Shown: piece by piece, positions 57,974 through 64,000 of the stretch | Numbering within the stretch: the first letter of the stretch is position 1 | Layout: the number at the start of each line of letters is the position of its first letter | Origin: Armatimonadota bacterium | GTDB lineage: Bacteria > Sysuimicrobiota > Sysuimicrobiia > Sysuimicrobiales > Humicultoraceae | DNA: 64,000 nt | NCBI GenBank assembly: GCA_037443365.1 | Contig: JBBIOM010000007.1 | Coordinates: 1 to 64,000, forward strand | Direction: 5' to 3' | Made by a program: the position numbers and the translations under genes | The notes under the pieces: generated by a model | The model's database searches: none | What the model saw: the letters and a program-made list of their open reading frames with translations, nothing else | What the model was told of the DNA's origin: nothing

Positions 57974-58876
57974 ATGAGCGAGGGAATAGTCACGACGGGT
58001 GCTCTCCCGGCGTACCAGGCGCGCTCGACGGGCGCCTGGGCCGCGGTAGTGCGCGGGCTGCGGCGGAGCAGGTCCACGGCGATAGGCGGGTGCATAGCCC
58101 TGGCCATCCTCACGATCGCCGTGCTGGCCCCGGTGTTCGCGCCCTACGATCCCATGGAGATTGAGGTCCCGCGGCGGCTGCTGGGTCCCAGTGTCACGCA
58201 CCCCTTCGGCACCGACAACATGGGGCGCGATATCCTGAGCCGGGTGATCTTCGGGGCCCGGATATCGCTCGTGGTCGGGATCTTCGTGGTGTTCTGCGCC
58301 GCGACAGCGGGGATAACGCTCGGCCTGACGGCGGGGTACTCCGACCGACTCGACCGGTACATCATGAGGGTCATGGACGGCCTGATGGCGTTCCCTTCGA
58401 CGCTGCTGGCCATCGCGCTCATGGCCGCCCTGGGCGCCCGGCTCTCGAACGTCATCATTGCCCTGTCCATCGTCTACACGCCCAACGTCGCGCGCGTTGT
58501 GCGCAGCATCACGCTCGTGGTCCGCGAGCAGGACTACGTGCAGGCGGCCCAGGCCCTGGGTGCGCGCGACTCGCGCATACTCTCCCGCCACATACTGCCC
58601 AACTGCCTGCCCCCCGTGATTGTGCAGGGCACCTTCATCTTCGCGCAGTCGGTGCTTGCCGAGGCCGCCCTGAGCTTCCTGGGCGTGGGCCTACCCCCGT
58701 ACATACCGAGCTGGGGGACCGTCATAACCACCGGGCGAATGTTCATGCAGACCGCACCCTGGATCACCATATTCCCAGGGGTGGCTATCCTCGTGACGGT
58801 GCTGGGCCTGAACCTGCTGGGCGACGGGCTCAGGGACCTGGCAGACCCAAGGCTGCGTGGACGGCTCGGCCAGTAG
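57974..58876 (+). CDS. peptide ABC transporter permease (DppC/OppC-like)
   Basis: HPFGTDNMGRD, GARISL, YVQAAQALGA, EAALSFLG, GDGLRD..DPR. Confidence 0.93.
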   Translation: MSEGIVTTGALPAYQARSTGAWAAVVRGLRRSRSTAIGGCIALAILTIAVLAPVFAPYDPMEIEVPRRLLGPSVTHPFGTDNMGRDILSRVIFGARISLVVGIFVVFCAATAGITLGLTAGYSDRLDRYIMRVMDGLMAFPSTLLAIALMAALGARLSNVIIALSIVYTPNVARVVRSITLVVREQDYVQAAQALGARDSRILSRHILPNCLPPVIVQGTFIFAQSVLAEAALSFLGVGLPPYIPSWGTVITTGRMFMQTAPWITIFPGVAILVTVLGLNLLGDGLRDLADPRLRGRLGQ

Positions 58877-58917
58877 GCGGCAGGGCTTCACCTGTGGATG
58901 AACTGAACGGGCGCGGG

Positions 58918-61566
58918 ATGAGCGGGATGGCAATCGCCCGCCGCTTCCTGCGCTTCTTCCAGGACCGCGACCACCGGGTGGTCCCCAGCGCCTCGCTGGT
59001 GCCCCCCGGCGACCCCACGCTCCTCTTTACGAACGCCGGCATGGTGCAGTTCAAGGACGTCTTCCTGGGGGTCGAGCAGAGGTCATACGCTCGCGCGGCC
59101 TCAATACAACGCTGCATGCGCGTCAGCGGCAAGCACAACGACCTGGAGCAGGTGGGGCCCAGCCCCCGCCACCACACGCTGTTCTTCATGGCCGGCAACT
59201 TCAGCTTCGGCGACTACTTCAAGCGCGAGGCGATAGCGTACGCCTGGGAGTTCATGACGCGCGAGTTGGGCATCGCTCCCGAGCGGCTGGTCGCCACGGT
59301 GATGGACGGCGATGACGAGGCGCTCGCGCACTGGAAGGCCGTGGGCCTGCCGGCGGAGCGCATCCTGCGCATGGGCGAGGCGACCAACTTCTGGTCGATG
59401 GGCGAGGTCGGCCCGTGCGGCCCCACGGCGGAACTGCACTACGACTGGGGCCCGTCGCGGTGCACGTGCGGCCGATCCGACTGCAGCGTGGCCCTGGACA
59501 ACAATTGCCAGCGATGGCTCGAGGTGTGGAACCTGGTGTTCATGCAGTACAACCAGGCGCCAGACGGCAGCCGCGCGCCCCTGCCCAAGCCGGGTGTGGA
59601 CACCGGGATGGGAATCGAGCGTGTGGCGGCCGTCCTGCAACAGGCGGCCTCCAACTACGACACCGACATGTTCGCGCCGATCCTGGGGCGGGTGCAGTCG
59701 CTCCTCGGGCACACCGACGCACAGCGCCAGGAGGCCATCGTCGCCTACCGCGTGATCGCCGACCACGGCCGGGCCGCGACGTTCCTGGTCGCCGACGGGG
59801 TGGTGCCGGGCAACGAGGGGCGCTCCTACGTGCTGCGCATGATCATGCGCCGGGCGATCCGGTTCGGACGGCGCATCGGCTTCGAGGGACCGTTCCTGGG
59901 TGAGATCGCCGACGCCGTGATCGCGCACATGGCCGCGGAGTTCCCCGAGTTGAGCGCACGGCGCGAGTTCATCCTCAAGATCCTGGGAGACGAGGAGGCG
60001 CGCTTCGCCCAGACGCTCTCCGGAGGGCTGGAGCGGCTGGCCGAGGTCGTGGCGGCGACGCGCGCGCAGGGTGGGAGCATCATCTCAGGCCCCGACGCCT
60101 TCCGGCTGTACGACACCTTCGGGTTCCCGATTGAGATGACACGGGATCTCGCGGGCGAGGCGGGCCTTGGAGTGGACGAGGTGGGCTTCCAGCGCGAGAT
60201 GCAGGAGCAGCGCCGCCGGAGCCGCGAGGGCGCGGGCGATCAGGGGGGGAGAGGAGCGGCCGCGGTGGAGCCGGGCGCGCTTGACGGTCTTCCGGCCACG
60301 ATCTCGGCCGGCCACGCCCGCCGCGAGGCGCAGGCGCGGGTGCTGGCGGTGATCCGCGATGGCGTGCGAGTACCCGCATCCGACGCGGGCGACGAGGCAG
60401 TGATCGTCTTGGACCGCACGCCGTTCTACGCCGAGGCAGGAGGCCAGGTGGGCGATGCGGGCACCCTCCTCGCACGCGGCCTGCGCCTGGAGGTCGGCGA
60501 TGCGCGCCACATCACGCCGACCCTCGTCGGGCACTTCGGGCGCGTGGCCGCTGGCCGGGTGCGCGAGGGGATGCGCGTGCGGGCAGCGATTGACGGGCCC
60601 CGGCGGGACGCGGTGCGACGCAACCACACCGCCACCCATCTGCTGCACCAGGCCCTCGTGGAGGTGCTCGGGGAGCACGTGCAGCAGGCGGGATCGCTCG
60701 TGGCGCCCGATCGCCTGCGATTCGATTTCACCCACCCCGCCGCCCTGGCACCGGAGCAGCGGGCGCTCGTGGAGCGCCGCGTGAACGAGATGGTGATGGC
60801 CGCGCGGCCGGTGCGCGCGGAGGTGATGCCGCTCGACCGCGCGCTCTCGCGCGGGGCGAAGGCCCTCTTCGGCGAGAAGTACGGCGAGCGCGTCCGCGTC
60901 GTTTCGGTCGCGGGGTACAGCCGCGAGCTCTGCGGCGGAACGCACCTGGCCAACACCGGAAGCGTGGGCCTGTTCACCATCACATCCGAGAGCGCGGTGG
61001 CCGCGGGCATCCGGCGGATAGAGGCCGTGACAGGATGGCACGCGTACGAACGCGCGCGAGCGCACGAGCAGCTTCTCGGGGAGGTGGGCGCGGCGCTCCG
61101 CGCCGCACCCGCGGAGGTGCTCGAGCGCGTGCGGCGCCTCAGCGAGCGTGTGCGCGTCCTCGAGCGCGAGGCGAAGCAGCGTCCGGCCGGCCAGGAGAGC
61201 GAGGCGCGCTGCGAGGTGACCGATGCAGGGGGCGTGCGCGTCGTGACCGCGCGCCTGGAGGGCGACGCCGGGCACGAATCCCTGCGCGCGGCGGGCGACC
61301 GCCTGCGTGGTCGCTTCGGCAGCGGCGTTTACGTGCTTGCGGGTCCGGCCGGAGGCAGGGTGAACCTGGTCGTGATGGTAACCCCGGATCTCGCCGGGCG
61401 CGGCCTGCGCGCGGATGTCCTGGCGCGCGCGATCGCCGGGCGCATGGGAGGCACCGGGGGGGGAAAGGCCGAACTGGCGCAGGCGGCAGGCCGAGACCTG
61501 GAGCGTCTGGATGAAGCCATGGCGTCGGCCGCTGACGAGGTGAGGCGCCTGGGTGCGACAGGCTGA
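58918..61566 (+). CDS. alaS: alanine--tRNA ligase
   Basis: DPTLLFTNAGMVQFK, GNFSFGDYFK, DTGMG, NHTATHLLH, ELCGGTH, GGGK; alternative start GTG 58894. Confidence 0.98.
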   Translation: MSGMAIARRFLRFFQDRDHRVVPSASLVPPGDPTLLFTNAGMVQFKDVFLGVEQRSYARAASIQRCMRVSGKHNDLEQVGPSPRHHTLFFMAGNFSFGDYFKREAIAYAWEFMTRELGIAPERLVATVMDGDDEALAHWKAVGLPAERILRMGEATNFWSMGEVGPCGPTAELHYDWGPSRCTCGRSDCSVALDNNCQRWLEVWNLVFMQYNQAPDGSRAPLPKPGVDTGMGIERVAAVLQQAASNYDTDMFAPILGRVQSLLGHTDAQRQEAIVAYRVIADHGRAATFLVADGVVPGNEGRSYVLRMIMRRAIRFGRRIGFEGPFLGEIADAVIAHMAAEFPELSARREFILKILGDEEARFAQTLSGGLERLAEVVAATRAQGGSIISGPDAFRLYDTFGFPIEMTRDLAGEAGLGVDEVGFQREMQEQRRRSREGAGDQGGRGAAAVEPGALDGLPATISAGHARREAQARVLAVIRDGVRVPASDAGDEAVIVLDRTPFYAEAGGQVGDAGTLLARGLRLEVGDARHITPTLVGHFGRVAAGRVREGMRVRAAIDGPRRDAVRRNHTATHLLHQALVEVLGEHVQQAGSLVAPDRLRFDFTHPAALAPEQRALVERRVNEMVMAARPVRAEVMPLDRALSRGAKALFGEKYGERVRVVSVAGYSRELCGGTHLANTGSVGLFTITSESAVAAGIRRIEAVTGWHAYERARAHEQLLGEVGAALRAAPAEVLERVRRLSERVRVLEREAKQRPAGQESEARCEVTDAGGVRVVTARLEGDAGHESLRAAGDRLRGRFGSGVYVLAGPAGGRVNLVVMVTPDLAGRGLRADVLARAIAGRMGGTGGGKAELAQAAGRDLERLDEAMASAADEVRRLGATG

Positions 61567-62023
61567 CGGGCCGCGCGTCCTGGCGATAGACCCGGGCGAG
61601 CGGCGGTGGGGGATCGCCATCAGCGATCCGTTGGGTCGCATCGCCCTGCCCCTCGAGGTACGCGCGCGAGCCGGCTGGGCGGGTGACCTGGCCTATCTGC
61701 GGCAACTGGTGGACACATACCGCGTGGGCGAGGTCGTCGTGGGACGCCCCCTGACGACCCGGGGGAGCGCCGGCCCCCAGGCACAGGCTGCCGCGCGCCT
61801 TACCCTGCGCCTGCGCAGTGCGCTTCGCGTGCCGGTGGTGGAGGTGGACGAACGCTTTTCCACGGCGGGCGCGGACCGGGCCCTGCGCGAGGGGGGTGCT
61901 GGCGGCCGGCGGCGCCGCATGCAACGCGACGCGGTGGCGGCCGCGCTTATCCTGCAGCCATACCTGGACCGCCGCCGCGGGGCGTTGCCCGGTTCGGATG
62001 AAGGTGCTATGCTCCCTCCGTAG
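61553..62023 (+). CDS. ruvX: YqgF/RuvX family pre-16S rRNA nuclease / Holliday junction resolvase-like
   Basis: LAIDPGERRWGIAISD, VVVGRP, VDERFST, DAVAAALILQ. Confidence 0.92.
   Translation: MRQADGPRVLAIDPGERRWGIAISDPLGRIALPLEVRARAGWAGDLAYLRQLVDTYRVGEVVVGRPLTTRGSAGPQAQAAARLTLRLRSALRVPVVEVDERFSTAGADRALREGGAGGRRRRMQRDAVAAALILQPYLDRRRGALPGSDEGAMLPP
61985..62013 (+). promoter_or_regulatory. internal promoter in the ruvX 3' end for DUF1292-mltG-yqeG
   Basis: TTGCCC-17-(TGC)TATGCT. Confidence 0.5.
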
Positions 62024-62085
62024 CTGACGACCGCGCCGGGGGAGGCGTGGCGGGCAATGGGGAGTCGCCGGCTCGGAGGTGCTGC

Positions 62086-62445
62086 GTGATCGAGGAACTG
62101 GAAACCGTTACGTTGGAAGACGAGGACGGCATCGAGCATCGGTTCAACGTCGTGGAGATCGTGGAAGTTGAGCGTCGTCGCTATGCCGTGTTGCTCCCCG
62201 AGGACGAGGAGGACGCGGCGGCGGTCATCTTCAGGATGGAGAGCGCCGACCATCTCGTACCGATCGAGGACGACGAGGAACTAGGCCGGGTGGTGGCCGC
62301 GCTTGAGGAGACGGCGGGCTACAGCGAGATCATTCTCGAGGAGGGCGGCGAGGATCGCGGCGACCTGGAATCGCTCGACGATCTCGTCGGCGAGGTTACG
62401 CCGAACGGGGACCGTGGAGACGATGACGACGAGGAGGATGAGTAG
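62086..62445 (+). CDS. DUF1292 family acidic protein
   Basis: VTLEDEDG.E..F, YAVLLP, IFR, LVPIEDDEE; GGAGG RBS before GTG 62086. Confidence 0.85.
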   Translation: MIEELETVTLEDEDGIEHRFNVVEIVEVERRRYAVLLPEDEEDAAAVIFRMESADHLVPIEDDEELGRVVAALEETAGYSEIILEEGGEDRGDLESLDDLVGEVTPNGDRGDDDDEEDE

Positions 62446-62463
62446 GCGCTCCTGCGGACCGCC

Positions 62464-63453
62464 ATGATCGGGGCAGGCGTGATGCGCCGCCACTGGCTCC
62501 GGCGCGCGGTGTTGCTTGCAGGCACCGCGATCGCCGGCGCCGCGTTTCTGGGCCTGTGCGCGGGCGCGCTCCTCTGGTGCATGATGCGTCCTGTCGGAGG
62601 ACCCGGCCCGGCGCGAACGGTTGTCTTGACACCGGGGCAGACCACCTCGCAGATCGGCGCTGCCCTTGTGCAGGCCGGCCTGGTGCGCAGCGCGCGCGCG
62701 GTCGTCCTCGCCGCGCGGCTGCAGCGCGCCGACGGACGGCTCCGCCACGGCGAGTACGCGCTTGACCCCGGTCAGGGCGCCTGGCAGATCGTGCGCGTCC
62801 TGGCCCGGGGCGAGGCGGTTCTCCACCGGCTCACAATCCCGGAGGGATTCACGGTTGCTCAGATAGCCGATGAGCTGGCCAGGACCGGGCTGGGCGACCG
62901 CGGCCGGTTCCTCGAGATGGCGCAGGGCCTCGAGGGCTATCTCTTTCCTGACACCTACCTCCTGCCGCGCGGTCTGGGGGAGGAGGCCATCATCGAGCGC
63001 ATGCGCGCGCGATTCAACGACGTGGTCGGCCCCGAACTGCGCAAGGCGGCCCGAGAGCGCGGGTTGTCCCTGCAGGCGTTGGTGACGGTGGCCTCAATGA
63101 TCGAGCGGGAAGCCCGGGTTCCCGAAGAGCGCCCGGTGATCGCGGGCGTCATCTACAACCGCCTGCGCCTGGGCATGCGCCTGGAGATAGACGCCACGGT
63201 CCTGTACGCGTTGGGGAGGCACAAGACCGAGCTCGCGCTCGCCGATCTGGGCGTGGAATCGCCGTACAATACCTACCGGCATGCGGGCCTGCCGCCGGGA
63301 CCGATTGCCAACCCCGGCCTGGCCGCGATCTCCGCCGCGGCCGCCCCGGCGGAGACGCCGTTCCTGTTCTATGTCCTGCGGCCCGACGGCTCGCATCACT
63401 TCAGCCGCACGCTGCGGGAGCACCAGGAGGCGGTCAGGCGGTACAGGCGATGA
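62464..63453 (+). CDS. mltG: endolytic transglycosylase MltG
   Basis: TIPEG, LEGYLFPDTY, ASMIEREA, NRL..GM.L.IDATV, SPYNTY..GLPPGPI.NPG. Confidence 0.95.
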   Translation: MIGAGVMRRHWLRRAVLLAGTAIAGAAFLGLCAGALLWCMMRPVGGPGPARTVVLTPGQTTSQIGAALVQAGLVRSARAVVLAARLQRADGRLRHGEYALDPGQGAWQIVRVLARGEAVLHRLTIPEGFTVAQIADELARTGLGDRGRFLEMAQGLEGYLFPDTYLLPRGLGEEAIIERMRARFNDVVGPELRKAARERGLSLQALVTVASMIEREARVPEERPVIAGVIYNRLRLGMRLEIDATVLYALGRHKTELALADLGVESPYNTYRHAGLPPGPIANPGLAAISAAAAPAETPFLFYVLRPDGSHHFSRTLREHQEAVRRYRR

Positions 63454-63980
63454 GCCGTCTGCTGCGCCTGCTCGCTCCGCGGTACCGAGTCCGCACAATC
63501 GTTGACCTCACACCCTCGCGGCTGCGGGCCTGGGGGATCGAGGCCCTCATGCTCGATCTCGACAACACGCTGGTCGCCTGGGGCAGGCTGGACCCGCCGG
63601 ACGAGGTCGTGGCCTGGCTGGAGGACCTCCGGCGGTCTGGAGTGCCGGTCTGCCTGGTGTCCAACACCCTCCCGTGGAGACTGGGGGCCGCTTCCGCGGC
63701 GCTGGGTCTGCCGGCGGCGCCGGGGCGGTCCAAGCCCAGCGCCGACAAGCTGCGCCGGGCGCTGCGCATCCTGGGCACACCGTTGGGGCGGACGGCGATA
63801 GCCGGCGACCAGCTCTTCACCGACGTGCTGGCCGGGAACAGGCTGGGCGTGCCCACAATCCTGGCTGGCCCGCTGTCCCCGCGCGAACCCCTGCGCGCGC
63901 GCGTGGTGCGGGCGTTGGAGCGGCTCGTGCTTCGCGCGCTGGCCCGCAGGGGGGTGGAGGCGGAGTGGCCTGAGGACTGA
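63450..63980 (+). CDS. YqeG family HAD IIIA phosphatase
   Basis: DLDNTL, VSN, KP, GDQLFTDVLAGNRLG. Confidence 0.92.
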   Translation: MSRLLRLLAPRYRVRTIVDLTPSRLRAWGIEALMLDLDNTLVAWGRLDPPDEVVAWLEDLRRSGVPVCLVSNTLPWRLGAASAALGLPAAPGRSKPSADKLRRALRILGTPLGRTAIAGDQLFTDVLAGNRLGVPTILAGPLSPREPLRARVVRALERLVLRALARRGVEAEWPED

Positions 63981-64000
63981 CCGCGCCCTGGCGCGGGCAT

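Overview
GC-rich (about 70% by eye), densely coding bacterial chromosome segment. The gene style and the alaS-ruvX-DUF1292-mltG-yqeG synteny suggest a Terrabacteria-group organism, possibly Armatimonadota/CSP1-3-like (inference only). Contents, left to right: an M20 peptidase and a beta-hydroxyacid dehydrogenase; an extended poly-gamma-glutamate locus (pgsB-pgsC-pgsW-DUF6305-ggt-DctM-like permease-48 aa membrane peptide-M14 deacylase); malic enzyme, membrane-fused spermidine synthase, pyk, M3 peptidase, F420-type LLM oxidoreductase, amidase-rph-rdgB, DUF885; feoAB plus a second M20 peptidase; tRNA-Pro with a decayed ~1.5 kb integrative element (45-bp att repeats, internally deleted integrase, intact acuB-like cargo, IS256-like scrap); TctC-TctA/B-PrpF; MoxR-DUF58-VWA-VWA; tRNA-Arg; a glycan locus with three tandem PaaK/CapK-like adenylating enzymes; tRNA-His; a stand-alone groEL with CIRCE; DUF881; an orphan structured RNA candidate with a near-consensus promoter; thiolase; rpsU-yqeY; NUDIX, class III aminotransferase, peptide ABC transporter; alaS-ruvX-DUF1292-mltG-yqeG. 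Best leads: the orphan ncRNA candidate (51116-51287, minus), the PGA synthesis-plus-recycling module with an atypical TRAP-like transporter, the triple-ligase glycan locus, and the collapsed tRNA-Pro island. All family calls come from motif recognition by eye; no searches were run.
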